A stretch of DNA of 64,000 nucleotides from Hydrolagus colliei (taxonomy: Eukaryota). Position numbers and translations under genes: made by a program. The stretch covers positions 8,060,001 to 8,124,000 of the forward strand of contig CM068756.1 of assembly GCA_035084275.1 (NCBI GenBank). Reading direction: 5' to 3'. Positions 1 through 12,325 of the stretch are shown in pieces. How positions within the stretch are numbered: the stretch's first letter is position 1; each line of letters begins with the position of its first letter. The notes beneath the pieces are model-generated. The model saw only the letters and a list, made by a program, of their open reading frames with translations, searched no databases and was not told the DNA's origin.

Positions 1-1169
1 ATTCAACCACGTTTCCAACCATAAAGATAGCATATGAATTGTTAATTAGAGCTGCCTTTTGAACCTGTAGATTATCATGAATAATAGGACAATGAGGTTG
101 ACAGAATGCTGATTTTAATTATAACTGGTCCATTTAATTCAGGGATTAATTAGCACGCATGTTTGACACCATTGATATTGATATTACATGGCAGGCAGAT
201 GACCCTACTCCAGCTATACAAAGGCGGCAGATATGTATGCAGGCAGAGTTATGAATAAATTGCTTCCCTTGTAAAAGGCTATTAATTACACAAATTAGTG
301 AGTACTGGGTAATCAACTTTAGCATGTATAATTTATAATAATTGATCCCATTTTGACTGACCAACGGTAGGCTTGCAAATAAAAACCCTCAGAAGAAAAA
401 TGGTCCCATTAGGAAAAGTTTAATCCTAATCATAGTTAATGAATCTTATTGCTTTAAGGTCATATTTGAAGCTTTGTTAATTGTCAGAACCATTTTAAAT
501 TGATTAGTGTTAAATTAAATCAATCTAATGTTTAGAAAAAACAATATTGCTAATGGATGAGGCTAGAGTAACCCTGAATAAACATATTTATCAACCGATT
601 ATAGAGAATGAGAAGACCAAAACCTGCTTGTGCAATTCATCACTGTCTGGAATAATATCAAATATCACTATTGGAATCATTATTTTACTTAATATGCCAC
701 CTTGCTCTGTGATATAAATTGTTTTACTGGGCAAAGCGTTTTAAACAAGTTATCAGGCTTGAGTGGTTAAAAAAAAGAGAATTTCAGATATAACGAAGCA
801 GTGATAGACATAGATAATGATTGTACATTTATACTAGCTTCAAACAATATGAATAAGGAGCTATTTAAAACAACAGTACTTAGATTATTTTTTTAAAGTG
901 GCCTAAAGTAAGTAGCATGTACATGTGCATTAATCTGAAGAGTTAGAGCCAGGATTAATTATGAAAAATATAATTCGGGACTGCAAGGCCTGCTTGGACA
1001 TTACATGAACATAACCCTATGTCATTCATTGTCAGGCTGCCCATCATGATACTTGTCAGTGTTGCTAGATAGAACAAGGATCTCTCCACATGCCAAAACA
1101 GTATGAGGCAGCAATAAATATGACAAGCATGGATACTTGACTATTTTCCCAAATGTACTTGTACTTAAA

Positions 1170-1240
1170 CTGCAGAGTTCTTTGGTCAGGCTACACCTAC
1201 TGTACTGCATGCTGCTCTGGTCACCAAGACAATAAGGCCC
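1170..1240 (+). mobile_element. Degenerate CR1 LINE ORF2 internal fragment
   Basis: 1182-1226 translates LVRLHLLYCMLLWSP, a decayed match to the CR1 ORF2 motif LVRPHLEYCVQFWSP. Confidence 0.6.
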
Positions 1241-2698
1241 ATGAGTGGAAGCACAGATAGACATAGACAAGCTGGTACTTGGGACTAGAGATACAGATAG
1301 AGAAGGGTGAGGGAAAACATGCACTGCATTTTGCCTGAATACGCCTCAGAGCTGACAGTTAGCTAGGAAAACAATTCTGGGTTATGTGGGTAACAAAAAA
1401 AAACCAATTCGATTTCCATTCCATTTAATCTTTTCCTGACCTCAAAAATAAATTGCTATTTTCTGAAATTTTCCTTCCTTGTCAAGGGCTCAGATTTTCA
1501 ACATTGTGCGAGATGCAATGTCTCTCTTTTTTTTCTTTGCCCAAGATGTTACTTTTATTATTACCACCTGTGTTATTAGATGAGCAAATAAATCCTAGTT
1601 GAAACACAACATACCACATTTTCTGAAAATTACTGGTATGAAAAGCATCTGACAGTTATATTCTTTTATTCCTCATGCTCGATTGTCATTTATTATACAT
1701 TGTGCTGCAGTCTGTCAAATGTTGCGCAACAGCAAATTGATTTGTGTCTGGTCTTAAACAAAGGTCACTTTGATCAACGCAATACAAAGGTAGAAAATTA
1801 AAGGTCTTCCTGACAGCACAGTGCTTGAGATGAAGCAAAAATAAAGACCTTGTGAAAAATACATTTTACGTTAACTTACCATATGTCTGCAATTAACCCT
1901 CCCCACAAAGATATGTTACATTGATTTACCTGAAATTACCTGATTTCTTTGCTGAAATTATTTCAAGCACTTGGTCATGTCATTGGGGGAGCGCTATTAT
2001 TAAAGAAGTTAGGGTCAGACAAGGTTAGATTTCACCAGCAAAGGTAATCAGAAAAATTCGTTGTTGGTACACATTTAAAAAAAACTGAACTCTCAATAAC
2101 ATCTAGGCTTATTTATGGTGATTTTGTAGGAACGTACTTATTTACAAGTTACATTACGATATTTATGAAAATCACACTTCTACATAGAGTAATATAAAAG
2201 CATAAGAATTAATTAACATTTTAGCATGTTTATTCTAACTTAATTTTCTGCACCCATTTAGTTTTGTTGAAATACTTCTTGTTTTTCTGTGGGAATTGAG
2301 CCAGCTGATAAAAAAAATCACTGATGTTTTTGTCTGGTCGATCAAAGGGGCCTTACTCTACCTTGGATCTCCCTTGGCTCAGGTATTGTATTAGCATAGA
2401 ATTAGACAACAACATTTAATCCATCAATACCAGCAGCAATCTATTTTGTTAGCTTCAATAAAATAAATGCATGGCCTGTGAGAGGGCTCACAGCACTGAC
2501 AGACATTACCCAGTACTTTGTTTAGGTGTGACAAATTAAAACTTGTCCTATTCCACTATTTTCTTAAATAAACTGGGAGAATAAAGGCTTTCAAGCACAT
2601 TCTGTTCAAGCAGAATTGGTTCAAGTCTCCACAAAATGTGAAGGAGATTAATTCATTAACAATATATTGTTGGAACCAAAAGCATTAGCCAGTGAGCG

Positions 2699-2740
2699 AC
2701 ACTGAGATCCACTCGAGCAACACTGAGATCCACTCGAGCA
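2699..2740. repeat. Perfect 21-bp tandem duplication
   Basis: ACACTGAGATCCACTCGAGCA occurs twice with no spacer. Confidence 0.95.
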
Positions 2741-2807
2741 AAGTAGAATACTGCACAAAGTAAACACCTCCATGGAACTGAGTAGTTCTCTAAAGTGCAA
2801 AGAAGAT

Positions 2808-3028
2808 TGGGAGGATGTCTCAAAGCACTTGACACTACTGGCTGGGCACCCGAGTGGCAGACAAAGTGGGTAGGGATGGGGGAAAAGATGATCAAAGAAG
2901 CCTTGAGACATGCTTTAAATGAAGAGAGGGAGGTAGCAAGTCAAAGGAATTCAGGGGAGGGGGCTGAGTGGTTGGAAGCTCACTTGGCAATGGTGAGGTG
3001 GATAGAGCAGGGGACAAGGAGCAGGCCA
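2808..3028 (-). mobile_element. L2 LINE 3' fragment (old)
   Basis: Starts with reverse complement of tail (GGAGGATGTCTCAAAGCAC) followed by purine-rich segment similar to the L2 copy at 14822-15085. Confidence 0.65.
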
Positions 3029-4499
3029 TGTTGTTATTCTCTGGCAAAATTATGTAATAATTTATTTGACTACATGGTGAGACAAATTTAATGCCTTTAT
3101 GAATATCCAGTGCAACAATCTGAGAGTAAAATGGCCGTTTGATGTTTTATCACAGTCTGGTCAGATATAACTGGACTTCACTATGTCAGGCAGAAGCAGC
3201 ATTAAAATGATCTGCCCTACAAGTAAGGTTTTATTCAGCTTCACAATATAATGTAAAGTTTAAACAGATTAAAGTGTAGGTGGTCTGTTGTGTTCAATAT
3301 TTCTTGTGCTATCGATCTGTCTCTGGCAACATCCCAGGGAGGCAAAGATTAATTGTGACTTGTGCATGTGCATCAGCTTATCAAACAGACTGACATATTT
3401 CAAAGGCGGTTCCTAGAAGCAGTAGTAGCTGTAATTTAGCTCTGCAAAGCCCTTTCTTCTTTGGTGTAAATCTGTGCTCTCTGGGATTCTGTAGCGGGCA
3501 CCAATGTATGTATGAAACCTCAATTTCATGGCAAAATTGAGGGCCTACATTAGAATGGCTTTATTTGTCCACTTGTGATGGTCAAGTGACAAATAGGACA
3601 CCTCAGACCATCCCCTGGGTGACTCACAGGTGAAAGATGCACCCTTGTTTTAAAAGGAATTTAGATTGATCTTCATTGAGATGTGGCTTTTCAATTCACC
3701 TCATTGGCAGCTCAGACTGTGCTGTTCATTACAAGGGTTTTGGCCCTTGTCAATTTTCTTTGACGGTTGATTAAACGGATCACTTTATCATCATTTGTCT
3801 GTAGTGTAGCCTGTTTTTTATTCTGGCTCTGATCCCTCCTGGGTTACAGCTGTCATAACTCATTCAGCTTAATAGCGTTGAAACTTGTTACAGAGTTCCT
3901 CACGTGGCTTCAACACAGACATAGTGCACACGGCGATAAATTAGAGATCAGTATTACTAGAAGCATGTGTCATCAAATAGCAAGGATGCATAGCAACCAA
4001 CTGGGAGATGCACAGTATTTCTTTTCCATAAGGGTTAATATATTGTAAGCCGTTACATTTTAAGGCTGCAATATGTCTGTGCAGGCCAATTTCAAAAGAG
4101 TCAAAAATGTGTCATACAACATCCCCTCAGAGTGCAATGAACTCAGCTTCCATTTAATGATCCAAACAGTACTGTTGACAGCTTAAGCTTTGTAGATGAC
4201 AGCAGCATCTTAAAGCTGCAATATACTGCAGCACATTCACACTGTAAGTAATGTTACCAGCTGTTGTGGAGCTGTGCTCTGCAGACCTGGACTAAAGTGG
4301 GATTCGTCATGGCTGCAGTTATGTTATCCACATACTGTATATATCCTAACTCCGGGGAGAACAGAGCCAACTTCAACCTATGTAGATATTTAAAGGCAGA
4401 ATGTGAGCTTGGCTAGGCATCTCATGAGACACTTTTTCCAGCAACTGTACCAGGTATTGTATGATTTCTGCTGTACACAATTAGCCTCCAGATTTCACC

Positions 4500-4608
4500 C
4501 CCAAAATATGCAATCAATTCAACTTGGGGTATATTTTGTGAAGCGCTTTGAGATATCGAGAAGACGTGATAAGGCACTATATCAAATGCATGGATTATTA
4601 TTATTTTA
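4500..4608 (+). mobile_element. SINE 3' tail, (ATT)n type
   Basis: GTGAAGCGCTTTGAGA..AGAAGACGTGATAAGGCACTATATCAAATGCATGGATTATTATT; same tail recurs many times in the window. Confidence 0.85.
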
Positions 4609-4711
4609 TGATCGATGACTTCATGACATCCCAGGATGTTACCTACCTGCCACCAGACTATAATGGCAGTGAGATCCTTTCATTTCAAGCATGATGAAAT
4701 AATAAAGAATT

Positions 4712-4790
4712 AAATTTACAGTGTATTCTGTGAGGCGCTTTGAGACATCTAGAAAACATGAAAAGCGCCATAGCAAATGCAAGGATTATT
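4712..4790 (+). mobile_element. SINE 3' tail, (ATT)n type
   Basis: TTTACAGTGTATTCTGTGAGGCGCTTTGAGACATCTAGAAAACATGAAAAGCGCCATAGCAAATGCAAGGATTATT. Confidence 0.85.
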
Positions 4791-4841
4791 TTTTTAATTA
4801 GAATTCACTTCCACTCTCTAGTTTACAAAAGACTACATCTA

Positions 4842-4972
4842 TAATAATCCTTGCATTTAATATAGAGCCTTTTCGCATCTTCAAGACGTCTCAAAGCGCA
4901 TCACAGATTATACTGTATAGTGAATTAACCGTACATTTTGTAGGCAAAATGAGGTAGCCAATTGGGCATAAC
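4842..4972 (-). mobile_element. SINE 3' part, (ATT)n type
   Basis: Reverse complement of the same tail: ATAATAATCCTTGCATTT..GACGTCTCAAAGCGC..ATACTGTA. Confidence 0.85.
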
Positions 4973-7591
4973 CGGTTGTGGATTGAGTGACCAGACAAAT
5001 CTAACGTAACAGCCCGGGTTGTGTGTGACCTTTGTGTTCTGCCATTACACCACTGGCACAGAGTAACTAATAAGATGAAGTAGTGCAATTGCTTTCATTG
5101 TGAAATCTGATCAATCTGAATGTGCTTGAGGCACACCATCACCATTACATTGCAGTCATGACCTGCCTGGGTCAGGTAACCAATGTTGCTGTATGCACTG
5201 CTACAGCAAACTTAATTTCTACGTCTGTTGCTACTGTTCAGTCCTCTGCTTCACTTATAAGCTTAGCTCTGCATCTCTTTATAGAAAGGACTGCCAGAAG
5301 AGGATCACTTATTACTAATGCAGAGTTTGAGCATGAGGTAGTTGATCTGATTCTTCATCAGGCACAAACAACAACTTCGACAATGACTACAGTAACTGTG
5401 TATACACAGCCACATGACAGACTACAGTTAGCACGTCATGAGTTCAATTGACTCACAAGCAGAAACCTTTGTGTCAGGGGAGGCAGAGAGTCATCAGCCA
5501 ACAGTGAACCTGAGTTCTGCAATGACAGAATTAAAACAGCAGCTGGAATCTGGTCACATCAGATGGGCACAGAATGAGGAATCAAAGTGGATTTTGATGA
5601 CATTATAGGTTGCACAGAGTTTAATACTGGAGCAGTAAAGTAAGTAGAGAATGAAAAACTTTACTGATATTACTGCCTCTTGGACAAAACACTACTTCTA
5701 TTTTTCTGCCAGTTTTTAATGCACAACGGCAGATTGCATAATTTGTGACAAAATATTTGCTTGATATAGAGCACTGCATTTCCGACTGTACTTCTACAGT
5801 GCTGTCATCACTTTAATGACCGGTTTGAAACGAGAATGTAAAACTGTTTCATAAGTGTTAAAATATCTTGTTTTCTGATTGCCAGCTGGATGATCTATTG
5901 TGTTGATGTCACAGTGTGGCAGTGGATTAAGGTGGGTCAGAGTCCAACAAAAGATATTCTGTGATTTAATTAAGGCACAAATGTTTCTGATATTTCAAAC
6001 ACATTAACGCTATTTGACCATTGAAGAAGGTCTGGGGCATGGTGCAGAACCCTGTCAATGCTTCTTGCCATTACTGCACGAATGCGATTTACTGGCAATG
6101 CTGATATCAGCTCTTGCGGCGGCAAATGAACAAGCTGTGATTACTGACATTCTCTTCAGCCATATATTCCGAGGTCAATACTCACTCTCAAAGACACAAT
6201 GGTCTTCAGTGCTTCGGGCTGTTCTCTGGCTCATTTCAGACTCAGCGCTGACAACAGTGAGAATTAAGATCTAGTAGCATTGATATAACTAGCTCAATGT
6301 TCAATAGCGTGTATTTCAGCTACATTTTTAACCAACTATGGCGCGTGACACTGAAGGCACAGGGGAGAGCATCGGCAGTTTGGAGGAGACAATGAAGCCA
6401 GCTAAACTATCTGAGATGGGAGGGCACCATGTAATTCCTATGTATTTGCTGAGCTTTCTGTAGTGGAAGCTGTTTGGTTAAATTATCTGTCTATAAAGCA
6501 GGGGAGAGTTTTATTCTTATTACTGGCAATAGACCCAAAAATACTAATGATACTCATAGCAATTCAGGGCTGTATTTACTTTTCTGGAAAGGCAATGGTG
6601 AACTTGCTGCAATTTTTGTTTTCCGATATGGAATCTGGATCGGCCCAAAAGACAAATCACTCCTCGTGAGAAAACACCAAATATGTCTCCATGCGGGTTT
6701 GAGCTGGAGCCTTCTATGGGACTCCAGGCATTTTCTGCGCTTGACAAACATTTACAAGTGAAAGCTGTGGTCACTAACGCAGCCTATAAGACTGTGTGCT
6801 TCGCAAAGAGGAACATTTTACAATTACAAACAAGTAAGAGCGAAGAACCCTTCAGGATTCTGGATTGTGATATTTGCAGGGTGATGAGGGACCAATGGTA
6901 TTTGGGCGTTGGATTCTATCAACTTGTCTCCACTGGTGGCTGCATCAACAGATAGATAATAGCAGTACTGTACATGGGAGACAGTATTGTATGGATAGAA
7001 ATTCATTCACAAACATTAACAGTGGTGCAGTGTACCCAGCTTGCATATATGATCTGGAAGTTGGCCTGTTTATTAGTAACGATTCGAACTCCTCAATTGA
7101 TTTATACGCAGGCGGATTCTCTGTTACTTCAATTGGGTCTACACCAGAGAGTTTGATAGTTCCACAACAGCATGCTGTTGTAAATACAATTACAGTACTT
7201 GCAAATCTCAAGGTTGAGCCTTTAAATTCATAACACAGTCAAGTCGTCTGATCTTTCAGTGCTAACGTGATTGATTGCAACTCCCAACACAAGTGGAAGG
7301 CGGCAGTCACCTCCTGAACATTCCAGCACATTCCCTCGCTCAGACTCTGTCTGACTTTTGGGGAGTTTGTCAATTGGGCAACCCTCTGAGTCACGTTTGG
7401 CAACGCAATCTGAAATGATGTATGTTGCAAGTGAAGAACGAATTTACTCCAACCCAAAGCTAGTATGTTATTAATCAACTCGGACTCGAAACCATGACAG
7501 CTCAGTTGATAATCATGTAACGATCATCAGTATGAAATATATCAGGCATTTCAATAACAACCCGTGTGGTTGTTGGCTAACATAGTAATAG

Positions 7592-7785
7592 NNNNNNNNN
7601 NNNNNNNNNNNNNNNNNNNNNNNNNNNNNNNNNNNNNNNNNNNNNNNNNNNNNNNNNNNNNNNNNNNNNNNNNNNNNNNNNNNNNNNNNNNNNNNNNNNN
7701 NNNNNNNNNNNNNNNNNNNNNNNNNNNNNNNNNNNNNNNNNNNNNNNNNNNNNNNNNNNNNNNNNNNNNNNNNNNNNNNNNNNNN
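7592..7785. other. Assembly gap (194 N)
   Basis: Run of N; abuts an L2 3' end, so it probably hides the rest of that insertion. Confidence 0.99.
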
Positions 7786-7942
7786 CCCCTCCTTTTCCAT
7801 CTTCAGGTCGCACCTGAAGACCTTTCTGTTCGACTCCTCACGGTCACCTTCCCCCTCCACCTTGCTCGGCCCCGGGCTCCGCTATTGTGAAGCCCTCTGA
7901 GAAACCGGGGGGGTATTATATAAATGCAAGTTGTTGTTGTTG
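7786..7942 (+). mobile_element. L2 LINE 3' end, (GTT)n tail
   Basis: Translates PSFSIFRSHLKTFLFDS (L2 ORF2 C-terminal F..xLKTxLF motif); ends TATATAAATGCAAGTTGTTGTTGTTG. Confidence 0.85.
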
Positions 7943-9904
7943 TCTGTTTTTTATAAAGACAATAAAGATCAATGATCAATCATTTTGGTGGGTGGTGTGA
8001 TACAAGAGCTTTATTGCTAGAATATGGGTATTTACAGAGCTGAAAAGTTGTTCATTGCTTTTTATAAGCATTCCAGTGTCGAAGTATCCATCCATACCTC
8101 CTAGCCATTACGTGGTGCATAGACATCTCTGCTTTGTGTTTGTGCTTACAGACTGGTTTACCTCTGGGGTGGGTTTGGTGACTTTGTCTGATTATTGCCA
8201 CTTCAGTGAGTTTGTCATCTTTATCTGACCTGTGCTATCAGGGGATAAGTTCCATCCTAGTAATTTTTCTTAAAATCAAGTATTCATATGAAGAGTGTAT
8301 GATATCAGGAAGACAATACATCAAATATTTCATCAAGAGGGAATTCATTTTAAACAGTACATCTCTCATCTGTAGTCCCATTAAAATGAATAGGAGATTG
8401 AATCCCACACTGAAAAATCAGATGAACGATATCTTTATAGATTGCCCATGGAAGTTCCTGCTGATGCCTTTATATATCAAATATTATGGCAACTGCCTTT
8501 ATCCTAGGAGCTGGATATGAACACAGCTGATAAGAAAACAGGTTCAAATTGGTAAGAGGGGTTGACAACTCTCAGAAGATTGGGTTAATAATGTGCAAAC
8601 ACATGTGCTGTATAGAGGGAATTACATACATACTTGAATGTTGGAGGCAGCAATTGCCTCCTGAATATTCCAGCACATTTCCTTGCTCAAAAGCCTTTGC
8701 ATAATTAAGGGAACTAGTTAACCCAACTCACAAATTAGACACCAAATGTTAATTCAAACTGAGGTTCTCATCACTTTTTAGCATGTTTGCAAACCAGCTC
8801 GGCTTATTTCCTTGGGGGAATACTTGAAATACAAATGATTCCATTTTCCCTGTGCATCATGTACGTCTTAGGGTGATTATGTTCAACACAGTCGACTGTT
8901 TAGAATTAACAGGTTGGAACACAATCTTTGTATCCGTGCTTTCATAGTGTAGTGATATGTAGTACACATAGTGTGTACATGTTACAAGTTTCATGGTAAC
9001 CATTGCTATGTTACTATAAAATAATTGTGACTCTAAAGCAAATAGGTTGCAAGAAAGTTGAAAGATATCTTTGACCTAAACCTGACTTGCCTTGGCCAGA
9101 ACATTAATGAGTCGTGGAATAAAAGCTGTGGTGATGGCAAAGTGTTTGTCTTGTGATGAATGACATGAACAAAATGTCTCTGAAAATCCAAACTCAATAA
9201 ACTACATCTGTCTAAATGTGAGAGAGCTTTCCTTCCAGAAGCTATGGCTGGGATATGCCTGGGGTAATAAAAGTTTTACCAGATTTCTCTCAATAAATAA
9301 AATAATGGGTTCAGCTGCCCTGAAGTTGATGCAGCACCAACCACCACTAAATATCATTTTAGTATTGATGTATTTCCACTGTGCGTTATGCTGGAATAAG
9401 AATGCATCTTAATTTGTGGATCGCTAAACAACAGAACTGTACAGCACATTGCGGATTGCACTCGAAATATTGCAGGTTCAGTGAGTGGGCAAACTAAACA
9501 CTGCACAACATTTTCCTGAAACGTCCCATCACTAGAAAATTACAGCAATATTTCAGCTCTACTAAAGCCCCACTATACATAGAATATTTACTCTTCATTT
9601 TCCCATGTGGTTTATGTGGTTTAATCTCTGACTAAAACTGAACCATGTATTCTCATAAATATGACAATGGATGCATTCAAGCCTAATCTTTCAGAATGGT
9701 ATATTAACATAGACTTAAATGGCACTTGAAGGTTTCCTATACAGCTGAAACACAAAATGCTACTTATAAGCGCACAGAAAGAATCTAGTCACAATTCTAT
9801 GCAATTTTGAATACTCAGATCTAAAATATAGTTGATGTATTTCAGGAAGGGCAAGAAACCCTGGGCAGCTGTAAGACGTCAATGGCGATAGCTTTCGCCT
9901 ATGA

Positions 9905-10274
9905 AGAGTGGTAGCGTTCTCATCTCTGAGTCAAAAGCCTCACACCAGGAGCACACAGTCTAAGTGGATACATCAATGCAATGCTAATGGAATGGCTGCA
10001 GTGTCAGAGGTGCCATTTTTTGGATGAGATGTTAAAACCAAGGTCCTGTTTCCTTTTCAGGTAGATGTTAATGATCCCCTGGCTCTATTTGAAAAGAGCA
10101 GTTTCTTCTGCTGTCTTGCCCAATACTGCTCTGGATAAAATTAGTCATTCACTTCATGACCACTTGTGAGACATAACTGGCTGCCATGCTCAAATAAAAT
10201 ATTCGGTAAACACTCTGAAGACCTTTGAAACTTTATGACATGATAAGGGGCAATATCAAATTCAAAGATTATTA
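9905..10274 (+). mobile_element. Deu-domain SINE (AmnSINE1/SacSINE1-like), decayed
   Basis: GCAGTGTCAGAGGTGCCATTTTTTGGATGAGATGTTAAAACCAAGG..CAGGTAGATGTTAATGATCCCCTGG..TATTTGAAAAGAGCAG resembles the Deu core; ends in (ATT)n-type tail. Confidence 0.75.
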
Positions 10275-10425
10275 TGAGGGGAACGCAAAATACTGCAGAT
10301 GCTGGAAATCTGAAACAAAGCAATTCTGATGAAGGGTCATGGACGCGAAAGGTTGACTCACTTTCCTTTCTCCATAGATGCTGCCTGACCTGCTGAGTGT
10401 TCCCAGAGACTTCAGTTTTTGTTTA
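10275..10425. mobile_element. Short Penelope-like (pseudo-LTR derived) element with hammerhead-like core
   Basis: Flanked by 11-bp direct repeat AAAGATTATTA (10264-10274, 10426-10436); contains CTGATGA-A-GGGTC-ATG-GACGC-GAAA (10326-10350) and the shark-repeat motifs AATACTGCAGATGCTGGAAATCTGAAAC and AGATGCTGCCTGACCTGCTGAGT. Confidence 0.65.
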
Positions 10426-12039
10426 AAAGATTATTAGGATTATTATTTTGCTTGCTGGACTGGTAGTACTCATTCTGTGATTGGCCCAGCAAGGTGAGGT
10501 TCCTTGAGGTGAGATCAGCAACATGAGCAACATGGACCATCAAATTACTTTTTGAATAGAATAGTCCTCAGGATTGCTCTCAGAGCCTTCGGCTGGGAGT
10601 CAACGACTTTACAGCCAGTGAGCGCGATCAGGAAGGCAGCCTCCTTCTTATTGTTCAGATTGAATGGAAACATATACGTATTAATCTTTGCAATTGAAGA
10701 ACCCCTCATAGTACTCGATTACAACTACCAAAGCAACCTTCATTTATTATGAGTATTTATCATTTTTACTTTTGGACACTATATTATTTTTAAAATAATT
10801 TTGTTGCGATACCGTATGATGAATAATAATGTTGCCAGGTGATTGTTATCTAGAGCGTCCTGATGTGCCAGGAACTCTATTAAATCCTATGTTGCTTCTG
10901 CTTTACCATATGATTTTTGCAGACTGACTAGTGCTATAGTTACTGCTGGGTTGCTACAGCACAAAGCAGATTACAGCTGCAGTGCACCGTTGCAAAGTGA
11001 AAATTGATTAATATTTGTTCTCCAAATGGCAGGCAATGATGTATGAATCCTCTTTAGTGTTTTAAGTAATACTTTAAGGAGATGAATAGCCTCTACAGAA
11101 AATGTTAAAGTTCAAGCAAAATAATTTGCATATTTATATTACAGCTTACTGATAATAATTACAGCAACATAGTGTAATAGGGTTTGTATTTCATTCTAAT
11201 CTAATAGTACTTCAGAGCTAGACCTCATTACCTTCTGTGGACAAGAGCTCTAATATCCTTCTGTTATAAATACACAGTTAAAATGGTATCGCTGAATACT
11301 AAGGAGGAAATCATTATTCATGGTTATATACAGATGGCTTTTTAAGGCCTCGGTGGTGTTTGTTGAACCTGAAATAACCAGTTACGAATTTTTCTACTAA
11401 GTGATAAGAAACGTCTTGAGGAACTATCCTGCGATCCGTCATATTTTTAGTCACAGGCGCCATTATGCAAACGGATCTCTGTCTTTGAAATGTTAGAAGT
11501 CCTTTAGAAGAGATAATGCTCTTCACACAGTGATTCCATTTGAGTAAAATAATGTACAATAATGTACACTCTGAACAGCTGTATGCATTTGTTGTTGTTG
11601 CTGATGTTTACCACAAACCTGAACTCAATCACCAGATAGGTAGAAACATGTTTTTAATTCCATTTGAAAATGACCAAGTCCTGTACATTCCTGTTTGCAC
11701 CAGATTGCTTCTAATGGTCTAAAGGGCACTTTCAGATCAGGTGAATTTGATGTGAAGTTATTATTAATGAATTTGATGTGTTTTGATATTGATGGGATAT
11801 AACTATTAGAAAATATTTTTCATGGTCAACAATTGTGGGGCCAGAATAATCTAATTCCACTTTTCGATTAGAATTAAATATGATCCCTGCGATTCCTTCC
11901 CTCATTGTCATGAAGGATTTTGAATTTCCTCTTTCAGTTTAATAGGAGTTAAGAAAAATGTTTAATTGTCAGCTTCTACAAAGACCAGGGGAAACAATTA
12001 AAATATGTAAATTTGGCAAATACAAGATATAACATAGGA

Positions 12040-12325
12040 GTGAGTCAGCCAGCTCAGTTGCTACCTCTGAATCAGAAGATTGAGTTCTGATGTTGGAGCT
12101 TTGAGTTCATAGTTTTGACTGACACACCAGAGCAATGCCAGGGGAGGTCTACAATGTCAAAGGTTTTGTCCTTCAGATGAGATGTGAAACCGAGCTAACA
12201 TCTACTGCTCAGGTGAATGGTAAACATCCCATGGGACAAATCGAAAAGAGAAGGGAGTTTCTCCAATTGTGTTGGCCAACATTACTACAGAGAGAATTGG
12301 TTATTCACTTGTCAAATATGCCATG
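12040..12325 (+). mobile_element. Deu-domain SINE, decayed
   Basis: CTCTGAATCAGAAG head remnant; CTTCAGATGAGATGTGAAACCGAG..CTCAGGTGAATGGTAAACATCCCATGG core. Confidence 0.7.

Noticed and set aside
2699-2740. 21-bp direct repeat as a CRISPR-like array
   Set aside because: Only two abutting copies, no spacers, eukaryotic context; simple slippage duplication
6463-7233. Cluster of overlapping ORFs including a 119-aa plus-strand ORF
   Set aside because: No recognisable domain or transposon/viral motif and no convincing splice-site pair; lengths compatible with chance
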